A DNA stretch of 64,000 nt from Acidobacteriota bacterium (GTDB taxonomy: Bacteria > Acidobacteriota > UBA6911): contig OY761556.1 in assembly GCA_963664705.1 (NCBI GenBank), positions 2,592,001 to 2,656,000 on the forward strand, in the 5' to 3' direction. The notes under the pieces are model-generated. The model saw only the letters and a program-made list of their open reading frames with translations, was not told where the DNA came from and did not search any database. The position numbers and the translations under genes were made by a program. Below are positions 19,101 through 28,681 of the stretch, in pieces (positions within the stretch are counted from its first letter, which is position 1; each line of letters starts with the position of its first letter).

Positions 19101-20584
19101 AAAACGAGCTTATCGCGGGTTCGACGGACAGTTATATCTACATCCTATCGGCTTACCATACTCCAACGACTCCAACATCGATCGCTGCTTTGGGGGCATC
19201 AACATTTTCAACCCGCGGGCCCAGCGGCGATCTCGTCGACGGATATTCTACTGTCACGCTGAACACGGGACACGTTCCATACGGAACCGCAGTATTCAGC
19301 CTCGTGCAAAATGGATTTATTGTCAGCGAGGCCGGAGTCCCAGCTTCTCCGCCGACTCTCGCAGCCCGCATTTTTGTCGATGCACGGACCAATTTGACGC
19401 CGGGTGCCAATACAGACGTCTCGAGCGTTTCGACCGGATTGGCTGCAGTAAATGCCGGCGTATTCACTGCAAACATGTCGCTGAAACTCCGGGACAGCAA
19501 TGGCTCATTGTTGTCGGAAGGCGTTGTCAGGTTGGATGCAGGGCAACAGATAGCCAAATTCCTCGATCAATTGACTCCTGGTTTTGTACTCCCTGCAGGC
19601 TTCGCGGAAAACGGTTCTGGTTCACTCGAAATTACCAGCGATCAGCCGGTGTCGTTCCTTGCGCTCCGGCTTACCGTGAACCAGCGAGGGGAGTTATTGC
19701 TGACGACCACGCCTGTTGCCGATCTTTCCCGTACGTCCACAACTGGTTCAATGGCATTTCCTCAAATCGCCGTTGGCGGAGGATATCAGACCACTCTCCT
19801 CCTGCTGAACACCTCCGATGAGATAGAGGCGGGAAAACTGAAGTTTTTTAGCGATAAGGGTACGCCATTCGCCCTGCGTTTCATTGACATGAATGTCGCC
19901 GATACCACCTATGCCTATACCATTCCGGCCGGAGGCTTTTTGAGGCTTATAGCGGATCCTGCAGATTCGGAAGTTCGAAGCGGCTGGGCGCAGTTGGTTC
20001 CTGATGCCGGGAAATCTACTCCCGCCGGGGCGGCGGTCTTCAGTCTGACTTCAAATGGGATTCTGGTCACAGAAGCAGCAGTCCCCGCCGCATCGGCGAC
20101 ACAACATGTGCGGATCTTTGTCGACAAATCCGACAGCCACGATACAGGGGTGGCGATTGCAAATCCCGGTGATGTTGCAAACCGTGTTACTGCAACGGCC
20201 TATCAAATGGACGGGATTACCCCTGCAGGGACAGGAGCGATCCCCCTTGATTTGGCTGCTTTGGGTCACGACGCACGCTTTGCCGGTGAGCTTGTCGCAG
20301 GATTGCCAAATGGATTTACGGGAATATTGGATTTGACCGGAACTTTCCCCTTCAGTGCGACCACATTGCGATCTTTGACAAATGGTCGGGGAGATTTTCT
20401 GTTGACCACATTCCCTATTGCCGATATCAATCAGCCTGCACCCAATCCGATCCTGTTCCCGCAGATTGCGGCCGGTGGCGGCTATCAAACCCAGATCATC
20501 TTGCTGGGTAGCGGCGGCGGCACTTCAACAATCACGTTGAGATACTTTGGAAGCGGTGGATCCCCAATTTCTGTTTCGCCCTAA
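16148..20584 (+). CDS. Secreted M6-family (immune inhibitor A-like) metalloprotease with PKD-like, FG-GAP/VCBS repeats and a tandem C-terminal domain
   Basis: LKQPNG...GDE propeptide; LWPH; CHEFFHSLGAPDLY; WDLMA; repeated GDxDxDGxxE; two copies of a ...FPQIAxGGGYQT module. Confidence 0.9.
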   Translation: MRFKCALYSRNRNVLLISLGRIILGLSVLAAIYPTPAYSAFLKDLPITLKQPNGELVRAFVTGDENCNFIHDEEGYVAVRDPGSRFWVYGQQAGGRIRPSTHILGRGKPDLPPISRATILSLQKPALSRSDLRSARAGSKTRGPMAVDSLNASSVSSDGPWTPSLGTVNNIAIFVRFADDPEFTAPLSSYAALFNASGDSDVSLYNYYKEASYNQLSVATSFYPNSAGTIVSYRDMNPRAYYQAYDVRSNPLGYADGSEYLQRERALLDRAVNAISDQVPNSLEIDGNGDGFIDHICLIYQGHPDGWASMLWPHQAFANASSAARIQGKQIRSYNVQIDAMLLPDWVGVLCHEFFHSLGAPDLYNYSLQAPGAVGNWFDSVGEWDLMASDGKVPQHMGAYMKYRYGKWIPQLPAISQDGLYALRPLTDNVNNAYRIASPYSSTEWFVLEYRKKSGVFEQSLPGEGLLVYRINTSYYGDASGPPDEVYLYRPGGTLYTNGFLGYAPYSSNSGRTELSDLTEPSSFLSAGGSGGLLLTSVGSPGEQISFRIAIGQALHRVSAPSITDGPIQGKSSTSYSFTSSAAVDSKGCTMQYRFFWDDGTFSDWAQDLTVRHSFFGARSYKIRVQARCASSPDSYSPWSAPYLVTMDFETPSQFYMKQRVPAPTDSRMMIYSMATGDLDADGKQELVVMYAYLPTNYAKDRIQDLVIYRWVDGKLQKIWNRAGSSLNYPEGWYIKVADIDGDGRAEIIKNGEMIKYSMGEYIPIPAPDLDLPVAVGDANNDGMPEVISFDGFLYQYNAGAWKTAGHFDVGGASTVMALGDTDGDGKNEIVVSTGNGFNTGTITVLRATSGGNFSVVWQKSNYMSGATDIKIADWDSDGKNEIILAYGQDSSVHVLKYANSAYSEIWSHIFNAYSGMGWVPTLALGRFNPATTGLDLAIGLGGHCQQPAEGSGVYLENVGMLFHDSDTSYGVGSIILMDIDQDGQNELIAGSTDSYIYILSAYHTPTTPTSIAALGASTFSTRGPSGDLVDGYSTVTLNTGHVPYGTAVFSLVQNGFIVSEAGVPASPPTLAARIFVDARTNLTPGANTDVSSVSTGLAAVNAGVFTANMSLKLRDSNGSLLSEGVVRLDAGQQIAKFLDQLTPGFVLPAGFAENGSGSLEITSDQPVSFLALRLTVNQRGELLLTTTPVADLSRTSTTGSMAFPQIAVGGGYQTTLLLLNTSDEIEAGKLKFFSDKGTPFALRFIDMNVADTTYAYTIPAGGFLRLIADPADSEVRSGWAQLVPDAGKSTPAGAAVFSLTSNGILVTEAAVPAASATQHVRIFVDKSDSHDTGVAIANPGDVANRVTATAYQMDGITPAGTGAIPLDLAALGHDARFAGELVAGLPNGFTGILDLTGTFPFSATTLRSLTNGRGDFLLTTFPIADINQPAPNPILFPQIAAGGGYQTQIILLGSGGGTSTITLRYFGSGGSPISVSP

Positions 20585-20785
20585 CGGTGATCTGACTGCA
20601 TTCGGAAGAATTCCATTCACGACAGCGGATAAGAACTCCATAGGTGGCGGCATCCGGCGAAACAACTGTTGGTATCAGCCCTTCCCCCAAGTTATTCGCC
20701 CTGTCATATTAATATCCTGTAACGAGCACCTGGTTTCATTTGGTTGCGGATTATTGGGCCGGGCGGCACGAAGCCGCGACTTCAA

Positions 20786-20827
20786 AAATGCATTATAGTT
20801 GCATTCTAAATGCATTATACTTGCATT
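20786..20827. promoter_or_regulatory. Tandem palindromic operator upstream of the glycyl-radical operon
   Basis: AAATGCATTATA(G/C)TTGCATT twice at a 22-bp period; each copy is AATGCA-N7-TGCATT. Confidence 0.65.
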
Positions 20828-20942
20828 TTATTTAGCCGATGATCTTGATAAATCAGGAAAGTGCGGCCAGGCAACATGATCCTATTGGATCCAGAACTAT
20901 TTGCATTTAATGCTTCAGCTCTATTATCGACACTGTGAATCA

Positions 20943-21863
20943 ATGAGCGATTCGGACCATGGGATGATATTCAACATCCAAGGCTACTCCACCCATGATG
21001 GCCCCGGCATTCGCACTTCCGTATTCCTGAAAGGATGTCCACTCCGTTGCCGCTGGTGTCAGAATCCGGAATCACATTCTTTCTATCCCGAATTCCTTTT
21101 TGTTGAGGAAAAGTGCACCGGATGCGGAGGGTGTATACCGGTCTGCCCGGAAAAGGCAATCCACCTGCACGCGAAAGCGTCTCGAACCGACCGCCGGCTG
21201 TGCAGAGGCACAGGATTGTGCGTGGATGCCTGTCCCAACGAAGCAAGAGCTGTGATCGGACGCCTGGCAACCGTGGAGGATGTCTTCCAAGCTATCGCTG
21301 CAGATGCGTTGTTCTATCAGGAGTCTGGCGGCGGAGTGACGTTGACCGGAGGAGAACCTCTGGCGCAACCCCAGTTCGCGGCCCGTATTCTGAGTAAATG
21401 CCGGGATGCCGGGTTTCAAACGGCGCTGGACACCTGCGGATATGCAGACTGGGCAACCGCCCGGGAAGTCCTGCGCCACGTAAACCTCGTACTGTTCGAT
21501 TTCAAGCATATGAATCCCGAACTGCATATGCGATATACAGGGGTATCCAATGCGCTGATTTTGCAGAATGCAGAAAATATCCATCACGAGATGTCGATAC
21601 CGATGCGAGCCCGCATAACACTCGTTCCCGGTTTTAACGATTCTCCTGAAAATCTCGAAGCAACGGCCAAGTTTATCGCCGACAAACTCTCGAACTCCAT
21701 TCCTGTTCACTTGCTTCCCTACCATCGGTTTGGAGAAGCAAAGTGGGAGAGGTTGGACAGGAAGAGTGAAACTGCATCCATCGAGATTCCTGGTGAACGG
21801 CAGTTGGCGGAATGCTGCCGGATTTTTGAATCTTTCGGTCTGGCCACCATCATTGGCGGTTGA
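20943..21863 (+). CDS. Glycyl-radical enzyme activating protein (radical SAM with ferredoxin insert)
   Basis: HDGPGIRTSVFLKGCPLRCRWCQNPES, CTGCGGCIPVCP, GGVTLTGGEP, LLPYHRFG. Confidence 0.95.
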   Translation: MSDSDHGMIFNIQGYSTHDGPGIRTSVFLKGCPLRCRWCQNPESHSFYPEFLFVEEKCTGCGGCIPVCPEKAIHLHAKASRTDRRLCRGTGLCVDACPNEARAVIGRLATVEDVFQAIAADALFYQESGGGVTLTGGEPLAQPQFAARILSKCRDAGFQTALDTCGYADWATAREVLRHVNLVLFDFKHMNPELHMRYTGVSNALILQNAENIHHEMSIPMRARITLVPGFNDSPENLEATAKFIADKLSNSIPVHLLPYHRFGEAKWERLDRKSETASIEIPGERQLAECCRIFESFGLATIIGG

Positions 21864-21933
21864 TTGTACCCGGGGCTGGTCTGCTAAGCGCGACCTTACT
21901 TTTTAGGAATGTGATTTCGGATTGGGGGCTGTT

Positions 21934-24324
21934 ATGGCAACACCGCTAGACAAAATTTGCAGGAGAGGGTTTCCTCTGTGTATCGAGAAGGCGCGCCTGA
22001 TTACGGAATCCTTTCAGAAAACTGAAGGCGAACCATCCATCCTGAGACATGCCATCGCTTTCTCCCATATGTTGGATAACATGCCGGCTTTGATCGACAA
22101 AGACGAACTCTTCGTCGGAGAAGGAGCCAGCAAACCCTGGGGAGCAGAACTGGACCCCTTTCTGGGCGTATGGCGGGAAGAGGAAATCAAGGCTGCTGCC
22201 GAAGAAGGGATTATTTCCATCGACGAGATGGACTGGCCGTTGTTCAGGGAATTGGGCAAGTACTGGGAGACCCGATGCTCGGAATATGCTCAATCGAAAC
22301 TATTTGATGAAAGAATATTCAGGTACCTTCAGCTTGGCATCACCCTTCCGCCGATGAAGAGAAAAGACGAATTCAGAGGAGCCTATGCCGGAAACGGCCT
22401 TTGCCTATCCTTTGCATTCACCGATTGCTATGCAGACTTCTCCCGATGGATGAACGGATTGAATCCACTCATTCTGGAAGCAGAGGAAGAGCTGGGGAAT
22501 CTGCGCTATTTCAATCTGGAAGACGTGGAAAAGAAGCTGTTTTTGGAAGCAGCCATAATGGTTCTTAAGGCCGTTATCCGATTGGCTCATAGATATGCCG
22601 AGGCTGCCGAAGCGCTGGCGGAAAACGAAAATGATGCCCAGCGGAAGGCAGAGTTAAGAAATATCGCGGAAGCATGCCGCTGGACTCCTGCCAATCGGCC
22701 GAAAAGCTTTTATCAAGCCATGCAATCGCTTTGGTTCAATCAAATCCTGTCCGCTCCCACTTCAACCTATAACCTGGGCAGATTCGATCAGTACATGTAT
22801 CCGTTTTATAAAAAGGATATCGAAGAGGGCAGGATCAATGATGATGAGGTCCTGACCCTGCTTTGCGAATTGCGGATCAAATGCATGAAGCCCGAGAATA
22901 TCAAGCTTTCGAGCGCAAAGCGGTCGCAGCATGCAGGTTTCGCCAAATGGCGGAACCTGACTATCGGAGGGGTAACAGCCGATGGCAAAGACGCCAGCAA
23001 TGAACTGACCTATCTGATTCTGGAGGCAGCCAACCGGCTCAGAACAGCCCATCACACCATAACTTTGAGAGTTCACGAAAAGACTCCTGAAGATTTGCTC
23101 ATCAAAGCACTGGAGGTGGTCAAAACAGGCATCGGCATGCCGGCACTAGCTCTGGACAAGTCTTTTCTCGATTACCTGACTTCCGGAGGAATCCCGCTGG
23201 AAGATGCCCGAAATTACCATTTGGCAGGGTGTGTGGATCCCGCCATTCCGGGCAAAGCAAGCTTCCTGGCCGGCAGTTTTTTTGTGGCGCCCAAAGTAAT
23301 GGAGATCTTTTTGAACAACGGATTGGATCCGCGGACAGGCATGGACGCGTATTCAGCGAAGTCTGCAGTTGAGGAGATGAATTCGTTCGAAGAATTTTAT
23401 CGCGAATTTTTGCAGGCGCTGTCGTATTTCATCAGTCTGTGGCACGAACACAGTTTCCTGAGCGGTCATCCTAAAGGTTATTATGACGCAGTTGAAATTC
23501 TGGAGACAGTCCTGGTCCATGATGGGATCAAAGTAGGGAAACCACTTTCGCGCAGGAAGCCCGTTCCGCCCTATGACTTCAGGGCGGCAATGGTGCCTGT
23601 CGGAGTGATTAATGTTGCGGATTCGCTCGCGGCTATCAGGAAGTTGGTCTTCGACGAAAAGAAAATATCCTTACATGTCCTAAAATTGGCGATGGCTGCC
23701 AATTGGGAAGGATATGAACATATTCGAAAAATGTGCCTGGAAACTCCCAAATATGGAAACGATATCGACTATGTTGATTCCATAGCAAGAGACCTCTATA
23801 GATTTCTACTGGACGAGGAAGCCAAATATTTTGCTTTCGGGCGTCCCGAACATGCAAAAATCCGAGGGATTGGCGGCGCATCGATCTCATCCATGTTTGC
23901 GGGCGGCACCATTGTCGGGGCGACTCCCGACGGAAGATATGCCGGCACAACCTTGGCCGATGGGACTGCATCTCCTGCCCAAGGGAAAGACACTCATGGC
24001 CCCACGGCAGCGCTCAGGAGTGCGGCAAAAATCGATCAGGCTTCGTGTGCTTCAACGCTACTGAATATGAAGCTACACCCCTCGTCTTTATCTAACCGCG
24101 AAGACCTGAAAAAACTGGGCAGCCTCGTCAAGACCTATTCTCGTATGGGCGGCAAATGGATTCAGTTCAATGTTGTCGGGAATAAGGAATTGCTCGAAGC
24201 TCAAAAATATCCTGCCAGATATCGCGACCTGATTGTAAGGGTCGCCGGATACAGTGCCTATTTTGTGGACCTGAATAAAGGCGTCCAGGATGATGTAATC
24301 CGACGAATGGAGGTTAGTATCTAA
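21934..24324 (+). CDS. Glycyl-radical enzyme (PFL-like superfamily), substrate unknown
   Basis: GRFDQYMYPFY, Cys loop AGCVDP, PKYGND, GATPDGR, Gly loop LIVRVAGYSAYF. Confidence 0.93.
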   Translation: MATPLDKICRRGFPLCIEKARLITESFQKTEGEPSILRHAIAFSHMLDNMPALIDKDELFVGEGASKPWGAELDPFLGVWREEEIKAAAEEGIISIDEMDWPLFRELGKYWETRCSEYAQSKLFDERIFRYLQLGITLPPMKRKDEFRGAYAGNGLCLSFAFTDCYADFSRWMNGLNPLILEAEEELGNLRYFNLEDVEKKLFLEAAIMVLKAVIRLAHRYAEAAEALAENENDAQRKAELRNIAEACRWTPANRPKSFYQAMQSLWFNQILSAPTSTYNLGRFDQYMYPFYKKDIEEGRINDDEVLTLLCELRIKCMKPENIKLSSAKRSQHAGFAKWRNLTIGGVTADGKDASNELTYLILEAANRLRTAHHTITLRVHEKTPEDLLIKALEVVKTGIGMPALALDKSFLDYLTSGGIPLEDARNYHLAGCVDPAIPGKASFLAGSFFVAPKVMEIFLNNGLDPRTGMDAYSAKSAVEEMNSFEEFYREFLQALSYFISLWHEHSFLSGHPKGYYDAVEILETVLVHDGIKVGKPLSRRKPVPPYDFRAAMVPVGVINVADSLAAIRKLVFDEKKISLHVLKLAMAANWEGYEHIRKMCLETPKYGNDIDYVDSIARDLYRFLLDEEAKYFAFGRPEHAKIRGIGGASISSMFAGGTIVGATPDGRYAGTTLADGTASPAQGKDTHGPTAALRSAAKIDQASCASTLLNMKLHPSSLSNREDLKKLGSLVKTYSRMGGKWIQFNVVGNKELLEAQKYPARYRDLIVRVAGYSAYFVDLNKGVQDDVIRRMEVSI

Positions 24325-24398
24325 ATCCACGGTCCTTTCCCGCGAATAGCCTGTGAGCACATCGCATATTTGCGAAAAAAGACACCCGGGTTTCCTCG

Positions 24399-25451
24399 CT
24401 ATATCTCCTTTTCTTCTGCATCAGCCATTGCCGGTCTGGAGACTATCCTGACCCTATGCTTCTCCAGTTGAGGTCCCCATGAAAGAACCGCAATCGCAAC
24501 AACAAGCAGCGCCACTCCCGTCAGCTCTGCGCCGGTTGGCCGCGGAAGCCAATACTTCCATGCAAGAATATAGGTGGCCATAACTCCGCCAATAACGCTT
24601 GCAGAGCGTTCCAGCGGCACACAGAAAGTGTTTTCCCGCTTATCAAGCAAGATGAAGGCGCCGAAAACTCCCACGGCAGCCGTCATACATCCCAGCGGAA
24701 GCAGGTACCACGCGGCCGCCTGCCCCCATAGATCTGTAAACCCCCATCGAAGCTGGAGGTATGAATTGCCGTTTCCTGTCAAAACCAGTATTCCAAGGAC
24801 AAGCAAAGCTGCCGGGTATGCAACCATCTGTTCTTCCACAAAATAGCGTTTCTGGGCGGCAGCATCCGGTGACTTTGAGCTCCGGGTCATTACCAAAAGC
24901 CGTACGAAGTACCCGAGTGTATACAGAATAATGGCAAAGACGCAGAGCGCCGGCATGCGCAGTCCGCCGCGCTGATGAATGGTAAGTACCAGTGCAACCG
25001 CAACAAGCAGTACCGCAATCCAGGAATACCAGTGCACCTTCCGCCCACAGATCTTGTCCACAAGAGGAGCTATCAGCAGAACGTCGCCGCGCATAATTAA
25101 TTGTATAAACGGGATGCTGACTCCGGGGAAAGTCAATGAAAGGGGAACTGTTATCAATATTAGCGCCGAACCCAGGCCGGCCATGGCAGTCCAGCGGGTG
25201 GGAACAGGCAGATCCATGCCGAACATCCGTGCCTGGTGCGTAGACTTCCACCATCCGGTAGCGGTAAAAAAGGCATAGATCAGGATGCATACAACAATGT
25301 TGGTGCCGGGCAGAATCTCGAGCCCAGTCAGGGGCCGGTTCATGCCTGCGGGAGCAATGTTGGTAATACCCCTGGTGAGAGCTATCGATGGGATCCAACA
25401 TGCAAGGTAGCCAAGGACGAGCGCCCAGAGATGTCCCCTTTTTTCATTCAC
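24399..25451 (-). CDS. Multi-pass membrane protein, DMT/EamA-like
   Basis: About 10 hydrophobic segments; GTG start after a GGGGG RBS. Confidence 0.7.
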   Translation of the reverse strand: MNEKRGHLWALVLGYLACWIPSIALTRGITNIAPAGMNRPLTGLEILPGTNIVVCILIYAFFTATGWWKSTHQARMFGMDLPVPTRWTAMAGLGSALILITVPLSLTFPGVSIPFIQLIMRGDVLLIAPLVDKICGRKVHWYSWIAVLLVAVALVLTIHQRGGLRMPALCVFAIILYTLGYFVRLLVMTRSSKSPDAAAQKRYFVEEQMVAYPAALLVLGILVLTGNGNSYLQLRWGFTDLWGQAAAWYLLPLGCMTAAVGVFGAFILLDKRENTFCVPLERSASVIGGVMATYILAWKYWLPRPTGAELTGVALLVVAIAVLSWGPQLEKHRVRIVSRPAMADAEEKEI

Positions 25452-25645
25452 GCTATTTCCCCCAGACTCCATTTTGTGGAATCAGGATAAAGGTCGTATC
25501 GATCAACATTTTCACTGAATGAGCCAAGCCTTCACTTTCGAGGAATGGCAGCAACAACAGTATGCAGCCGTTTCGATAGGATGCAACTATATGCATTGCC
25601 TGGACCTCCTCGGTTCAATACGGAATCTCATATCATTTTGCACAT

Positions 25646-25680
25646 TGTCAAGAAATATGTCACATATGTGTGACATATTT
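25646..25680 (-). promoter_or_regulatory. Operator plus -35 element, copy A (faces 24399-25451)
   Basis: Palindrome AAATATGTCACA-TATG-TGTGACATATTT. On the minus strand it continues TGTGACATATTTCTTGACA. Confidence 0.7.
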
Positions 25681-25832
25681 CCTGTTCTTGCAAGTGGTTC
25701 ATCAAAGAACGCTGCGTCGCGCCCTAACCGCTTTACCAATAGCAGTAAATAATCGTGGTTGAGAGAACGTATTCGATGCTATTTGATTATCGTATCCAGG
25801 CAATCGGTGAACGGCCAATTCGGACCAAATGC

Positions 25833-25886
25833 TGTCACATATCTGTGCCATATCTATTGACAATGCGTGAACAGGTTGGATAGTTT
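25833..25886 (+). promoter_or_regulatory. Operator plus promoter, copy B (sucrose phosphorylase operon)
   Basis: TGTCACATATCTGTGCCA-TATCTA-TTGACA-N18-TAGTTT. Confidence 0.65.
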
Positions 25887-25949
25887 GGCAGTTCGGCGAT
25901 TGCAGCCTTAAAGTAATTATTTATCCGATAAAGCGAACTAGAAATAACC

Positions 25950-27410
25950 ATGAAAAACCAGGCTCAGCTCATTACATATGTCGACCGTCTTTCCGCTGGA
26001 GGATTCGGCCAGCTTAATTCGTTATTGACGGGGCCCATGAACGGGCTTTTCGGAGGTGCTCATCTTTTGCCTTTTTTTGCTCCCATTGATGGTGCCGACG
26101 CCGGATTCGATCCTGTTGACCACACACAGCCCGATGCACGCTTAGGCACATGGGAAGATGTCAGGGCCCTGGGTAACACGGTTGACCTCATCGCTGATCT
26201 GATCGTGAACCACGTCTCCTCCTCATCACCGCAGTTCCTCGATTTTTTGGAAAAAGGAGCAAACTCAGAGTTTGCAGGCATGTTTCTTACTTTCCACCGG
26301 GTCTTCCCTCAGGGCGCATGCGAGTCGGATATTTTGGGCATTTATCGCCCTCGTCCTACGCTGCCATTCAGTCCGGTAACACTATCTTCCGGAGACAAAA
26401 AGCTGGTGTGGACCACGTTTAACCCGCAGCAGGTAGATATTGACGTCCGGCACCCGCAGGCGGAAGCCTATCTCGATTCCATTCTCCGGCAGTTTCACAC
26501 GGCTGGTATAAAGATGATCCGCCTCGATGCCGTTGGGTATGCAATCAAGAAAGCGGGCACCAGCTGTTTCATGATTCCGGAAACCTTTGACTTTATTTCC
26601 GAGCTGACCGCAAAAGCTCGCGCACGGGAAATAGAGGTGCTGGTCGAAATTCACAGCCACTACTTAAAGCAGATCGAGATTGCGCGCCAGGTGGACTGGG
26701 TGTATGACTTTGCGCTTCCCCCACTCGTATTGCACGCGCTTTATACAGCCGATCCCCATCCGCTTGCCCGATGGCTGGCCATCAGTCCGCGCAATGCCGT
26801 GACCGTTTTGGACACGCATGATGGTATCGGCGTGATCGATGTCGGAGCAGATGCCGCCGGCAACGCGGGACTTCTTTCGCCGGCGGAAATAGACAATCTG
26901 GTGGAAACCATCCATCAGCGAAGTCTGGGCCAAAGCAAGCAGGCAACTGGAGCCGCTGCCAATAACCTGGATCTCTATCAGGTCAATTGCACTTTTCTGG
27001 ATGCTCTTGGAGGGAGAGACCCCGACTATCTGATTGCCCGCGCTCTGCAGTTTTTTGCGCCGGGAATTCCTCAGGTCTATTACGTCGGGCTGCTGGGAGG
27101 AAGGAATGACATGGAACTCCTCGGCCGGACCGGCGTAGGACGAGACATTAACCGTCATTACTACACCGGTGCGGAGGTTGAAACCGCACTTGGTCGTCCC
27201 CTGATACAGAAGCTGATCGAGCTGATCCGGCTTCGGAATATGCATCCGGCCTTTGGAGGAGAATTCTGCGTAGAGGTTCCGGCCGAACATCAAATGCAGA
27301 TCCGGTGGAAACTACGGGAGGAATGGATTGAGTTACATACGGACCTGTCGGTTCCTTGCGCATCCATCACAGGCACAGGCATCCAATCACTAACTATTTC
27401 GGCAGAGTAG
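25950..27410 (+). CDS. gtfA: Sucrose phosphorylase (GH13_18)
   Basis: MKNQAQLITYVDRL, DGADAGFDP, DLIVNH, YRPRP, IRLDAVGY, EIHSHY, VLDTHDGIG, NLDLYQVN. Confidence 0.9.
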   Translation: MKNQAQLITYVDRLSAGGFGQLNSLLTGPMNGLFGGAHLLPFFAPIDGADAGFDPVDHTQPDARLGTWEDVRALGNTVDLIADLIVNHVSSSSPQFLDFLEKGANSEFAGMFLTFHRVFPQGACESDILGIYRPRPTLPFSPVTLSSGDKKLVWTTFNPQQVDIDVRHPQAEAYLDSILRQFHTAGIKMIRLDAVGYAIKKAGTSCFMIPETFDFISELTAKARAREIEVLVEIHSHYLKQIEIARQVDWVYDFALPPLVLHALYTADPHPLARWLAISPRNAVTVLDTHDGIGVIDVGADAAGNAGLLSPAEIDNLVETIHQRSLGQSKQATGAAANNLDLYQVNCTFLDALGGRDPDYLIARALQFFAPGIPQVYYVGLLGGRNDMELLGRTGVGRDINRHYYTGAEVETALGRPLIQKLIELIRLRNMHPAFGGEFCVEVPAEHQMQIRWKLREEWIELHTDLSVPCASITGTGIQSLTISAE

Positions 27411-27417
27411 GAATCCC

Positions 27418-28671
27418 ATGGACATACCGGCGGCGCCAACCCGGAATTTGGCAGCAATCAAATGTCTTACATTTTTAATGTTCATGATGTTTGCCATGAC
27501 AACCGATTCGGTCGGAACCATCATCCCTGAGGTCATAAAAGAATTTCGCTTGAGCATGGTGGCGGCAGGAGCTTTTCACTACGCCCCAATGATTGCGATC
27601 GCAATTGCGGGCATTTTTCTCGGCTACCTGGCGGATAGGCTTGGACGCAAGAAAACCATTATCCTGGGACTCGTTCTGTTCGCGCTGAATTCATATCTGT
27701 TTGCCGTGGGAAATTCCTTCGCATTCTTCCTCACCCTTCTCGTGATCTCGGGTGCATCGATCGGAATTTTCAAAACGGGAGCTCTGGCGCTTGTTGGGGA
27801 TATCTCTCAATCTACTTCGGAACACACCACCACCATGAATACCGTGGAAGGATTCTTCGGAGTGGGGGCAATCATCGGGCCCGCCATCGTTGCAAAACTT
27901 TTGGCGTCAGGCTTTTCATGGAAATGGCTGTATGTGATAGCGGGAAGCATATGCATGCTGCTCATCCTGACAGCGCTGCTGGTGAAATATCCGAAGACTG
28001 TGAAGTCCATGGAGGAGCCGATAGATCTGAAGCGGACGATGCGAATGATGAAGAACCCATACGCATTGGGTTTCTCGCTCGGCATTTTTCTCTATGTCAC
28101 GGCAGAGTGCGCGGTCTACGTTTGGATGCCGACACTTCTGATCGGATATTCAGGATCGTTTGCCTTCATGGCAACGTATGCTCTGTCCGCATTCTTTATT
28201 TTGCGGGCCATCGGTCGGTTTCTTGGATCGTGGGTGCTTACGCGCTTCAACTGGACAGCGGTTATGGCTCTTTTCAGCCTGGCGATTCTAGCCTGTTTCG
28301 CAGGCGCCATTGTGGGAGGCCTTTCAATCGCCGTTTGGCTCATGCCCTTATCGGGGCTTTTCATGTCCATGATATACCCGACACTCAATTCGAAGGGCAT
28401 CAGCTGTTTTCCGAAAACGGAGCACGGCGCCGTTGCCGGGGTTATTTTATTTTTCACCTGCGCTGCGGCTGCCCTGGGGCCGTTGGCGATGGGAGCTGTA
28501 AGCGATGCTCTCGGTCATGCAAAGTATGGGTTCATCCTTGCCACTGGATTTGCGGCGCTTATGTTCGCAGGATTGCTGATCAACTGGATATACGACCCGG
28601 CCAAGGCGCGTTTAGCTGAATTGGAATCGAGCGAATACAGCGGGCAGCCGAAGATGGCCAGTCAGCAGTAA
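27418..28671 (+). CDS. MFS sugar transporter (fucose/glucose permease-like)
   Basis: 12 TM segments, LADRLGRKK motif; in the sucrose operon. Confidence 0.9.
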   Translation: MDIPAAPTRNLAAIKCLTFLMFMMFAMTTDSVGTIIPEVIKEFRLSMVAAGAFHYAPMIAIAIAGIFLGYLADRLGRKKTIILGLVLFALNSYLFAVGNSFAFFLTLLVISGASIGIFKTGALALVGDISQSTSEHTTTMNTVEGFFGVGAIIGPAIVAKLLASGFSWKWLYVIAGSICMLLILTALLVKYPKTVKSMEEPIDLKRTMRMMKNPYALGFSLGIFLYVTAECAVYVWMPTLLIGYSGSFAFMATYALSAFFILRAIGRFLGSWVLTRFNWTAVMALFSLAILACFAGAIVGGLSIAVWLMPLSGLFMSMIYPTLNSKGISCFPKTEHGAVAGVILFFTCAAAALGPLAMGAVSDALGHAKYGFILATGFAALMFAGLLINWIYDPAKARLAELESSEYSGQPKMASQQ

Positions 28672-28681
28672 CAGTTAAAGA

